Part shown: in pieces, positions 52,241-62,585 of the stretch
How positions within the stretch are numbered: the stretch's first letter is position 1
How the letters are laid out: each line of letters begins with the position of its first letter
Assembly (NCBI GenBank): GCA_030141605.1
Contig: JAQGDQ010000078.1
Coordinates: 62,001-126,000 of the forward strand
Reading direction: 5' to 3'
Source: Tubiluchus corallicola
Lineage: Eukaryota; Animalia; Priapulida
Length of the DNA: 64,000 nucleotides
Notes under the pieces: model-generated
Database searches by the model: none
What the model saw: only the letters and a program-made list of their open reading frames with translations
Told to the model about the DNA's origin: nothing
Made by a program: the position numbers and the translations under genes

Positions 52241-52688
52241 ATTCATCGCTCACTTTGCTAATGTCTCTTCTAATAAACTGAGCGATTTTTAATTATCTTT
52301 ATCAGCCCAGTAGCCTGCGTTTTCCCGCTTAACTGAATGGCTTAACAACTCTTAAGCTCAAAGTGGCGGCTGAACTTAAATTTACAAATTTATGAATAAC
52401 AGTAAATGCTTTGAACACTGATAGTTAACGCCTTACACAATTGTGAATTAGGCATAATCGAGTTGAAAAAAATTTCGTAGGCTACGTAAACCTTACACTC
52501 CTTATGTAACGTAAAAAAAACAAGTTATACTGATACGCAAAACAAAAAATATGCTCCCAGTTTTGGAAAACTTCCATGGAATAATCAGTTGAAAACGAAC
52601 GGAAAAACGTTTTATTGGAACTGATTGTGTATCTAGGTAACCACTTCGTTCTTGGTTGCACACGCTGGCAGAAGGGTGTGCTCAAAAG

Positions 52689-54659
52689 ATGACGATATGT
52701 GAACAACGTTTTGCTGCCATAAACGTGTCACTAACATCTTATATTGTCTTCCTGGCCGTTGTATCAGGCAAGAAACCCTCCTGGCTGATCAACTATGAAG
52801 TAGTGCGTAGTATTGGAATAGCAAGGACTCCGGATGGAAACTCGGTTACATTGCGAATAAGAGCATTTGGGCGTCATCTTGTGCTCGCTATGAGTTCCGA
52901 CAAAGAAATTTTCTCACCAACAGTCCAGTTCAATGAGTTACCCGGCGATAATCTCACTCAAATCGTTAATTACAATATTTTTTATAAGGGAAACGTTGAA
53001 GGAGATAAACATTCGTTTGTTCACGGTACGTTTTTAAATCAAACGTTTGATGGAATAGTTCATTTAGAGGACAAGGTTTACTACATTGAACCGTACGCAA
53101 AGTATTTTACAGCAACGGCAGAGGCAGCACAAAGATGGCACATCGTGTTTCGTGATGAAGATGTTGCTGACATTAAACCTTCCTGCACTGCGTCCCGACT
53201 ATCACACTTCTTAAAAAGGAACGATTTCAAGATACTAAAACCGTCTCAAACTACGAGAAGGGCAGTTTCCCTTTCTGAATTTTTGGAAGCTCTGATCAAA
53301 AGTGCTCTCTTGAGTCGAACTTGTTACCTACACATCGTAATTGATCACTTATTCTACCAGCATTTTGCCAAAGAAAACCACCTGTTGGCAATAGCAGAAG
53401 TGGTTTATCACATTCAAGAGGCCGACAAGTTTTACAGATTAGTTGATTTCGACTTGGATGGAAAAGCTGATGACATTAGGTTAAAAATATCGGCTATAAC
53501 GTTTCTTCACGAAGAAGGCGAACCTAATAATCATGCTTCAGGACAGTTCAAGGACGAAACCGAGTTCTTGTACAACATGTCAAGAATGGACTTCGGTCAT
53601 TCTTGCCTGGGAATCATATTCACTTATCGCGATTTCAAAAATGGCGTCGTGGGTCTAGCCTGGATAGCTAACAATTTCAGGGAGGGTATTCCAGGAGGTA
53701 TTTGTCAGCGCAGAGTTATTATTATTTCTCGCAATGGACATCAGGCATTTAGTTTTAATTCATTGACCATATCCTTCTTCAATTACGATAGGCAACTTCC
53801 GAGGAAAACAACTGTCAGGGTTTTAATTCACGAACTTGGTCATTCCTTCGGAAGTCCGCACGAAAATATTTCCAATCCTTTATGCTACTATGGTGGATAC
53901 ATCATGACTGCGACAAGTTATTCCGCATCACTATCAAATCAACACATATCCTTTTCTCCGTGCAGCAAAAAGGCCATCAGCGCCATCTTGCAGGAAAAAT
54001 CTTATTGTTTCTTACACCACGTGGACGAAATTTGTGGTAACAGCGTTGTTGAAGGTGATGAAGAATGTGACTGTGGAACTGCAAGTACGTGCTCGCATAT
54101 TGACCACTGCTGCACACCATATGGACATACTGGTCAGTGTCAAATTCGAAAAGATTTAGGATTTGAATGTTCTAGATCTGGCGCCTGTTGTCTTGACACA
54201 TGCCACATCTCTACCAACAAGACTCAAATGTGCCGCCAAAAGACAGAATGTTCCTCAGAATCGTATTGCGATGGGCGTTCTCCGGAATGTCCGTCATCCA
54301 CACACCAGCCAGACAGACACCCCTGTGCAAATGGTGCAAGAACGTGCCAAAATGGAACGTGCACTAGTACCGTGTGTCAGGACAATGGATACAAAGACTG
54401 TCTCTGCCACAAACTTGGAAACCTGTGCGAAGTTTGCTGCAAAAAAGACGACTCGAAGCTTTGCAAACCTGCCAGAAGATGGGGCTTAACTAGACACCTG
54501 CTTTTAAAATCTTTAGAGGAACCCTGTTATCATTACAAGGGATTTTGTAATAACATGTCACAGTGCATTGAACAGAGAAGAGTGACTGGAAACAGTGGCA
54601 GCTTAAGAACAACTTCTCAATTAACAATCGTGATTCTACTACTAATGAACCTCTTTTAA
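52689..54659 (+). CDS. ADAM10-like disintegrin metalloprotease, copy A, intronless, 656 aa, GPI-signal-like C-terminus
   Basis: First ATG at 52689 (the ORF track starts at a TTG). Signal peptide; prodomain with SFVHG..FDG.V...YYIEP; Cys-switch-like KPSC; catalytic domain TCYLHIVIDHLF, RDFKNGVVGLAW, GGIC, HELGHSFGSPH (53829-53861), Met-turn GYIM; disintegrin CGNSVVEGDEECDCG; Cys-rich LCEVCC. Confidence 0.95.
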   Translation: MTICEQRFAAINVSLTSYIVFLAVVSGKKPSWLINYEVVRSIGIARTPDGNSVTLRIRAFGRHLVLAMSSDKEIFSPTVQFNELPGDNLTQIVNYNIFYKGNVEGDKHSFVHGTFLNQTFDGIVHLEDKVYYIEPYAKYFTATAEAAQRWHIVFRDEDVADIKPSCTASRLSHFLKRNDFKILKPSQTTRRAVSLSEFLEALIKSALLSRTCYLHIVIDHLFYQHFAKENHLLAIAEVVYHIQEADKFYRLVDFDLDGKADDIRLKISAITFLHEEGEPNNHASGQFKDETEFLYNMSRMDFGHSCLGIIFTYRDFKNGVVGLAWIANNFREGIPGGICQRRVIIISRNGHQAFSFNSLTISFFNYDRQLPRKTTVRVLIHELGHSFGSPHENISNPLCYYGGYIMTATSYSASLSNQHISFSPCSKKAISAILQEKSYCFLHHVDEICGNSVVEGDEECDCGTASTCSHIDHCCTPYGHTGQCQIRKDLGFECSRSGACCLDTCHISTNKTQMCRQKTECSSESYCDGRSPECPSSTHQPDRHPCANGARTCQNGTCTSTVCQDNGYKDCLCHKLGNLCEVCCKKDDSKLCKPARRWGLTRHLLLKSLEEPCYHYKGFCNNMSQCIEQRRVTGNSGSLRTTSQLTIVILLLMNLF

Positions 54660-54784
54660 TGCAAAATTTTCACACTTTTTTGCGAAACAAACAATCAAGG
54701 ATAGACGATTTTCAATCGCAGCTGCTTATTTTTGTTAAGATCGCTTTGATCATGCATGGTGAATAATTAAATAAATTTTGGCTA

Positions 54785-55330
54785 CAAATCAATGAATCAA
54801 TCAATTATCAGCTTATTTCATCATCAGTTAACTGAGAATTACAAACTAAAAATAATATACAATGAAACTAATTAGGAGAGCATACATGTCTAAACTAAAA
54901 AAGGAATATTCGTACTGAAAAAAGTGAAAAGTATTAAAAAATAATTATAAGCAACTACGCAATTACCACATGGGGGCACATAATTATGATCAAAGCGAAT
55001 GTGCACATCATAGTAAATTTTTGAGCCAGTGGGTCCAGCTTAGGGAACTATTGTTCGTGTAATTTAAGTTCTATTATAATAATTGCTAATGAGACAGTTG
55101 TAAAGTTTATAATGAACACGAATATTGCCTTTCTGATCACGCCGTCATAGCTTGTTTTATTTAAAGCTACAAAATTTTATTTACGCTACACACACCAGGG
55201 ATATTAAACAGTTTTCAAAGCTCACAGCCCACATTAATTGTTTTTAGATGTTTACTATTTAATTTCGAAATGTCCACTTCAAAAGCATAAATTGGATATA
55301 AAATTTCCCTCCTATGCAACATATGTTATG
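54785..55330 (-). mobile_element. Decayed LINE 3' end between the ADAM copies
   Basis: (TTGA)n-like tail at ~54787-54805, T-rich 3' UTR on minus strand, RT...S...AGP..W-like remnant at ~55025-55062. Confidence 0.35.
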
Positions 55331-55438
55331 ACAAGTTATGCTTGCCCAGGCTTTAGAAACACCGTTTTGGCGAAAGTTTGTATTACATTGCTTTGCGATA
55401 AGAATTAATTCTAATCACACCCCTATAAAAAGTTAATA

Positions 55439-55760
55439 TAGGGGAGAGTGGGGCGAGACGGGCTACTTAAGTTTTACAATATCTACACAATACCAGCATG
55501 GCGTTATAATAAATTAACTCTACCTCTATGTTAAGTGACAGTAAAGAAATGTACTATGCTGTAGTCAATCTAAAATTAATAGTATCAAATTAATGAATTT
55601 AATTTTTGCTTTTGAAAAAACAGAGTTAAGATGCCCAACTTGACCTAGGCACTAGGTGAGATGAGCTACTGTAACCTCACTGACCCAGTATGGTAGCCCG
55701 TCTTACCCACTATGGTAGCCCATTCTATGCAGTGCCTAGGGGGAGTTAGGCATATTTAGT
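55439..55760. mobile_element. Left end of pogo/Tc1-like MITE with subterminal inverted repeats
   Basis: TA-GGGGAGAGTGGGGCGAGACGGGCTAC; inverted GTAGCCCGTCTTACCCAC at ~55693-55710; ATGCCCAACTTGACCTAGGCACT vs AGTGCCTAGGGGGAGTTAGGCAT. Right TIR not found. Confidence 0.5.
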
Positions 55761-56661
55761 TTACAATAAATGTATGGTTATACAAAAAAGAGTCGAAATG
55801 TGAAGAAGTTGGAGAACATGTTGGATTTGAACCAGGACTAGGGGCCACCCACTGACAAGGGGCCACCGAGCACCATAAATCACTATAAGCATTAGTCTAC
55901 CATTCTCAATGTCCATCACGGGCCTTAATTCAATCCTTCTAGCTGACCTCTATCTATTTTTACTTTTTTAGTAAAGAAATTAGTGTGTTAACCCTTATAA
56001 GTATGAGATGAAGGACGATCCGTCTAGCTCAGTGGTTGCCGTGTGACTTCGCAATGACTGTTGATTTTAAAGATAATATAGTTTACTTTGATTTTTTTAA
56101 ATATGTTTTTAATGTTAAATATTTTAAAATTGTCTAAAATACTGATTTATTTTATATTCAGTTCATTTTCAAAGTAACTTCAATGTAACGATAAAAAAAG
56201 GCAACAAAGACTATCCATTGTGGTATGGGAATTTAACTAGCTAAGACTGCTCTGTAAGAACAGCATTAACTAATGGGGTGAATTACTGAGCTAACCCATA
56301 ACAAAGTGACCTAACTCACCAAAGATGCATATTTTTCAAGCACTTCCTTCTCGCCGCATTTGCAAAGCTGCACAAACTTTTAAAACTAAGCCTTTCATAC
56401 TTGTAATACATATTTTGCATATACGCAAAAGTGATGCCTCACGATGGATATGTTTCTGTATAGTTATAATAATGGAAAAAACACTAACGTCTTAGATCAG
56501 CTAATCGAAAAATCAAGTTTGGCAAATAATGTAATTACGTGTCAACCATATCTTTCCGCGCACTGTCACATTGCTGGTACAACGTTCGTAAATGAGCAAT
56601 AGATGTCACTGCCAGTCGTTTATTGGTAACAACAAACTTGCAACTAGTTACACATCTTCCA

Positions 56662-56663
<2 letters not shown>

Positions 56664-56723
<60 letters not shown>

Positions 56724-56765
56724 TTTTTAAAAGTTGTCGTAAAGTTTAAAGACAGCTTTCTTATG

Positions 56766-56790
<25 letters not shown>
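56664..56790. repeat. (TAA)n followed by (AT)n microsatellites
   Basis: Direct observation; explains the poly-Ile ORFs. Confidence 0.97.
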
Positions 56791-56796
<6 letters not shown>

Positions 56797-57329
56797 TTTT
56801 GATATTCTTATGAAATTTTGGTGGTACGAATCGTTCAAACGAAGCTTGTGGGCCACGCAAGACAAGAGAAATGTTTAGAAAGTAAAAATATAAATACAGA
56901 AAAGGAAAATAAAACTCTTACAATAACTTTTCTAGTAAAAAAGGTGGAACCTGTTGTGTTATTGTTTTTTCAAGTTGCGGAGGGTGTTATAAATAACAAG
57001 GAAAAATTGTTTGGTAAAGAAAGTATTTAAGTTCTTATCTAAGCTTTACACAACAATGAAATTATATTAATGTGTCATAATTAAATGTAGTGTTGTAGTG
57101 TCGTTGCCTCGTTTTTTTGTTAATGATACGTTCTGTTTTTTCTTGTGTAATGGTGGTTCAATAAAATATACATTAATATTGTACATCAAATTAATATAAA
57201 AAAATCAGTTTTCTGGAGTCGAACAAGTCTTTCCAATTCCACCGGTGGTCGAGTATACGTCAGCCCTGTTGATTTCTCATTGACGATCGCCTTGTCCGTT
57301 GATAAGATTCGTTATTTAGTAAACGGGTC

Positions 57330-58190
57330 ATTATGTAACAACGTAGCATTATGTAACAAAAAGTACTGCATTAAGTTGGAAATCACAAAATTCGTAGTTA
57401 CGTAAGAATCACATTATTTCAATTTTGCGTCATTACGTAATAATGATTCTGTGCCAAAAATGATGCAATGTTTTGTACCAAATAAACGTAAGGTTGGTCG
57501 TGGTCTGAGGCTGGGTTTTGTTGCTTAGATTAGTAGACTAATTAGATTAGTAGACTAGTAGATTAACAGACTAAGATCTTTTTGTTTTAGGTGTGACTAT
57601 GGTTTGGTGTCAGTGGTCTGGTGTGCGACTGGTCTGCCTCAGGTCTGACCTGTTTGAAGGTTTAAGAAGTAAACCTGCTCCGATCGGTCACATGACAGAT
57701 CTGTGTGGTTGGGTTTGATCTGAAAAGGGTACATTTTTGTGCCGGGTACCAACATAAAAACGGGGCCTAACCTACGTTTAGTTTGTCAATGGGAAAAACT
57801 GGACAATGGACTTCATTTTTCTCTTCGTAGTTGGTAATTGTTTCAAGCAAATGTCTGATGTGTGTTCCGTCAGCCTGGCACCCGATGCAGAGATCAGATC
57901 TCAGAAAGACTAGAACCCAACCCAGACAAACCAGCCATAGACCACACCAAACCGGGGCCAGACATCAGACATACATCTATATTCTAAAACACAAAGGAAT
58001 TCACTTACTCTAATAATTAGACCACATCCAGACTGTGACAAGATACAATCACAGACCAAGATCAACCTATATAAACCTGTTACATAATTCCTCTTTTTTG
58101 TCAATAATCATTGTTACATAATGACGCAATAATTGTTACATATTAAAGGCTATGTAATGACGAATTATGTGATTTGTTACGCAGTAAACC
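57330..58190. mobile_element. Foldback/MITE-like element with long imperfect inverted arms
   Basis: TTGCGTCATTACGTAATAATGATT (~57426) vs AATCATTGTTACATAATGACGCAA (~58107); AATCACAAAATTCGT vs ACGAATTATGTGATT; inner GGTCTG-rich vs CAGACC-rich arms. Confidence 0.7.
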
Positions 58191-58408
58191 TTAAAGCAAA
58201 GTGGCTGGATGATGTCACTATATTTTTCATTTTGTAGAATTAGTTGATAAGTGCTCATTGTTTGCTGAAATTCGAATTTCTATCGCGTTTCATTCTAAGG
58301 GTTTCTCACTTTAATACAGAGATCTAGTTAGAAACTGAGCCTTCAAAGTCGCCTCAAGTTTTTCAAGCATCTTCTGCACTATTATACTGAACTTGCTATC
58401 TGAACCCA

Positions 58409-60460
58409 ATGAAGATATGTAACCAATACTGCGGAGTTACGCTTGTGGTTTTAGTTTTCACCATAACATTGGTGGTAACAGTATCGACAACAAAACCAAC
58501 GTGGCTAACGAATTATGAAGTTTTGCCTAGCATTGGCCTCGATGACCAAGTTTCCCAAGAATCAAAATCGAGTTCAATCGTCTTGCACATTATAGCCTTT
58601 GGAAAAAATTTAACGTTAATTCTAAATGTTGATGAAGAAATTTTCTCACTAACTGTTGATTATGAATATCACCAATCAGATAATGCGAACGTCAGCAGCC
58701 AAGAAACGATTGGAAACATTTTTTATAAAGGGCGTGTGGAGAGAAAACCTCAGTCGTTTGTCCACGGCACCATCTACAACCAAACTTTCGACGGTGTTGC
58801 CCATTTTGATGGCGAAATTATTTATATCGAACCTTATACAAATTATTTTTCACCGGCAACAGAAGTGACCAGAAAATGGCACATCGTGTTTCGCGAAGAA
58901 GATATAGCAGATGAACTTAAAGATGCTTCATGTCAAACAATAGATCTATCAGATGTTTTAGTAACTGACAACTTAAATATTTCTCGTAAACCAAAAGGAG
59001 CAAGGCTTAAGATCCCGGCTCTTTTCAAAGAGTGGTGGACCAAAAAAAGTAAAAATGAAAATAAAAAGGAATCTCCTCTTAAAGAACACAAAAAGACATG
59101 TTATGCGCATGTGGTCAGTGATCATATATTTTTCGATAAAGTTGCAAAAGGAAGTAAATTTAAAGCTCTAACAGAAATAGTATATCACATGAGAGAAGTT
59201 GACACTTTCTACAGAAAAGTTGACTTGAACGAAGACAATACTGCCGATGGGCTTAAATTCAAAATAGCAAAAATAACCATTTTCGAAAAAAAAGACGAAC
59301 CTGGAAATCATGCCGATGGTGAATTCGAGGACCAAGGAAAGTTTCTACATAACATGTCACGGACGGATTTTAGCAATTTTTGCTTAGGTATAATACTAAC
59401 CTGCCGAGAATTTAAAGCCGGCTTGGTGGGTTTGGCATGGTTAGCAAAGCCAAAACTCACAAATGTCCCTGGAGGAGTTTGTTATCGTAGAGTCAGACTG
59501 AGAGACAAGACCCTTCGCAGCTTTAATTCACTATATGTGTCTTTTATCAACCATGGAAAAATGCTTTCAAGAAAAAACACTGTAAGAGCATTAATACATG
59601 AAGTTGGCCATGCACTCGGTAGTCCTCATGATGACATTTCAAATCCATTATGCGACCGCGAGTATCATGGCTACGTCATGTCTGGAAAGCACTACACAAG
59701 CGCGCGAGACGATTATATCCATGCCCTTTCATCATGCAGTAAAAAATATATTTCGATAATTTTAAGAGAGAGGTCCAAGTGTTTGAGAAAGTTTGAAGAA
59801 AATATTTGTGGCAATAGCGTTGTGGAAAACGAAGAAGAATGTGATTGTGGAAGCAGTGATAGATGTGACAGAACGGATACTTGCTGCAGTCCAAAAGGAA
59901 GTGAAGGGCAGTGCAAAATCAAAAGGCATCTCGGATACACTTGCTCCAAAAAAGACGTATGCTGTCTTGATAACTGCCAGATTTCAACTGATAGGAATCA
60001 GTTATGTCGTGAACAAATAGAGTGTCTTTCAGAATCTTTCTGCGATGGGAATACTTCAGTATGTCCAGCGTCTGATCCTGTACCGGATGGAAGTTTTTGT
60101 GCCAAAGGAGTGAAAACTTGTCGGGCTGGAAAATGTTCGAGCACTGTGTGTGAAGATAATGGATACGAAAATTGCTACTGTTTTCTTCCATACAATCTTT
60201 GCGAAGTTTGTTGCAAAAAATCTGATGGTTCTAACCTTTGTCAACCAGCCATGAAATGGGGATTTGTAAACAAAACGTTGCTTAAGTCTTCCAAAGAGTA
60301 TTGCTTAAACGAGCTTGCATATTGCAACCAAAAGTCAAAGTGCGTAGTGCTAGTCCAAAAAAAGCGTGATAAACCTACTTCTCAAAAAAGAATGAGTAGT
60401 AGTAACGTAATGCACAGTAGTGTTTTTTTGATTACACTAATCAAAATTATTTTATTTTGA
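58409..60460 (+). CDS. ADAM10-like disintegrin metalloprotease, copy B, intronless, 683 aa, GPI-signal-like C-terminus
   Basis: Same architecture as copy A: signal peptide, prodomain, KTCYAHVVSDHIFF, GLVGLAW, GGVC, HEVGHALGSPHD (59597-59629; ADAM10 has HEVGHNFGSPHD), Met-turn GYVM, CGNSVVENEEECDCG, LCEVCC. Confidence 0.95.
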   Translation: MKICNQYCGVTLVVLVFTITLVVTVSTTKPTWLTNYEVLPSIGLDDQVSQESKSSSIVLHIIAFGKNLTLILNVDEEIFSLTVDYEYHQSDNANVSSQETIGNIFYKGRVERKPQSFVHGTIYNQTFDGVAHFDGEIIYIEPYTNYFSPATEVTRKWHIVFREEDIADELKDASCQTIDLSDVLVTDNLNISRKPKGARLKIPALFKEWWTKKSKNENKKESPLKEHKKTCYAHVVSDHIFFDKVAKGSKFKALTEIVYHMREVDTFYRKVDLNEDNTADGLKFKIAKITIFEKKDEPGNHADGEFEDQGKFLHNMSRTDFSNFCLGIILTCREFKAGLVGLAWLAKPKLTNVPGGVCYRRVRLRDKTLRSFNSLYVSFINHGKMLSRKNTVRALIHEVGHALGSPHDDISNPLCDREYHGYVMSGKHYTSARDDYIHALSSCSKKYISIILRERSKCLRKFEENICGNSVVENEEECDCGSSDRCDRTDTCCSPKGSEGQCKIKRHLGYTCSKKDVCCLDNCQISTDRNQLCREQIECLSESFCDGNTSVCPASDPVPDGSFCAKGVKTCRAGKCSSTVCEDNGYENCYCFLPYNLCEVCCKKSDGSNLCQPAMKWGFVNKTLLKSSKEYCLNELAYCNQKSKCVVLVQKKRDKPTSQKRMSSSNVMHSSVFLITLIKIILF

Positions 60461-60939
60461 AAGGATATAGGTACATTTTTGTTTTGTATATATTTATGAT
60501 TATGTATATACAGGTATCTTTTCAATATAATTAAGAACCACTGAATTTATGTAGAAAGTTAATTCACTCATCTTGCTGATGACGTCAATATCATTAAGCC
60601 TTAAGTTAAAGTGTTTGTGATTACAGTTGCCGCCAGTATACAACTTTGTTTTAAACATTGGAAGAGATTAGTGTCATGCAAATTTAACTTTATCAGTTTT
60701 TGAAGTCGTAGACAACAGTCTCTACTTAAGTAACTAAAACGCATCATTTAGTTAACATTACTTCGCAATCACTATTTAGTATATGAAGCCAGACAGTTAT
60801 TTTGACAACTGAATGATTTACTGCAAAATATTAAACGCTGAACGCATTTTTAATGTCAAGCTCAAATCATAACTTTTTCCATACCTACTTCAATGAACTT
60901 TACGCAATACATGAAAAAAATATTGGTAAGGAGGCAGTC

Positions 60940-61950
60940 GTGCGAAAGATTTAGCGCGATGTCACCGGTATATCGAGCTGCCAAGTTGCTCGCAGAATGC
61001 TTCTAACAAAGAGTGATCATTTTTGCGTTTTCCAACAGACAAAGTTCGGAAGAACAGTGGATTCTATGTGTAATCATCTGTTCGACGAGAAAAAATGGAC
61101 AGGACACTTTATTATACCTGGATGGTTTTGAGGCTGAGCAGACCGGGTATACTCAAGTGAGATTCGAAAGGAAAATAAAACCGAAAACTTAGTAGAACTG
61201 CCTTTCAAACAGCTCTTTGAAAGAGTGCTCCGTACATTTTTATATCCCCAGGGAAACCTTTCTTTTATTTTTGAATGTACAAATGACATCCCAAAGAAGA
61301 AAGATTGCTTTAAACCTTTAATTAAATTATTGCTCTAAAACTTTGTTGCCGTGTAATATTTTGAGTAATTGTGTACCTTCTATGTGCCGCTTTTCCGCCT
61401 TGGCCAGGACGATAGATAGGTGATTCTCTTTCGACAAAGGAAAGAGATGTTTTTGCCTTGTCACTGCGATCGCATTTGATTCGAGTTTTATTTTGAAGTA
61501 ACAACAGGTGGAAAATCAAGAGAAATATTTCAAAATCTGGAGAAAGGAGGCTACCATTATAATCGGGCCTCCCAGTCAGATTAAATGGCGAATCGGAATA
61601 TATTACTCCTAACCTAGGCTAAATGTAGTTTTTATGAAATTTAGCCGGAAATGTTAATTATTACCTTAACGTGTAGCATTACATTTGAATTTTGCCGCAT
61701 ATGCGCACGCGTTGTTAAATGCACTGGAGTTACCAATGACGTCATGCCAACATGAATACAATTTTTTGCATATACAACGCTGTTCGTCAGTTTTTAAATA
61801 TGATTTGGTTATCAGAAAGGTGTAGACTACATTTTGACACCCAGTCACATTTTGCCTGTTTCAAAATTTCTATTACTTCGTTTCTGAAGTCTTATTCAAC
61901 TTAGAAGAATTCATATCTGTTGCGACGAATCGGTAGACTTTTTTAAAGCT
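60940..61950 (-). pseudogene. Decayed Crypton-like (DUF3504/tyrosine recombinase) transposon ORF
   Basis: Minus-strand remnants in the expected order: ...QNHPGIIKCPVHFF (cf. P..CPV..F..YL), then frameshifted HS(L)RAT.AAR and TG(x)HR (cf. NHSLRATAATRL...TGHRS). Confidence 0.5.
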
Positions 61951-62239
61951 CTTTTGTTGCTGTTTTCTGTGAATTAGCACGAATCACTAACTTCACTGAA
62001 GCTAGTTGACAATAGGGACAATATACTGCAGTGCCTACACATTCATACCTATTCTATCAACATAGATTACCTACAGCCAATTGGTTTGCTGCCAGTAAAT
62101 TAACATATTTAATGTTCAATACCGGATTAAAGTAAAGGTTTAAGACAAAGACAATGGAACTGATGTTCTATTAGAACTTAAAACTGGGTTGTCAGATTTA
62201 AGCCATTTAATGTTTGCTTGATTTTTAAGAAATAATCGT

Positions 62240-62317
62240 TAGATGATGATGATTATGGTGAAGACGATGACGACGACGACGACGATGATGATGATGATGG
62301 TGATGATGATGATGATG
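62240..62317. repeat. (GAT/GAC)n trinucleotide repeat
   Basis: Direct observation. Confidence 0.95.
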
Positions 62318-62585
62318 CCAAAATGTTAGTCGTTATTAGAAGCAGAATGACCAGTAAGATTTTTATAGGAGAATTTTCACATAATAATTTCTCTCCCACT
62401 TAAGGCACAGATATCAGGTTAAGGTGCAGGCGGAATTGGGTTAACTACGTCTTATTAGATAACAGGAGAAAAAGTCTGCTAGAGGGCATGTATCAAGCTC
62501 AAAATGCCTTGATAAAAATGATATAATGCATGCAAATGAATAACGTTACGGCAATAAACCTTGTTTCCGGTGAATAACACCTTAG

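Noticed and set aside
52656-52688. N-terminal extension of ADAM copy A in the ORF track
   Set aside because: Starts at TTG; the ATG at 52689 aligns with the start of copy B (MTICEQ vs MKICNQ).
56592-56860. Poly-Ile ORFs resembling membrane peptides
   Set aside because: (TAA)n and (AT)n microsatellites.
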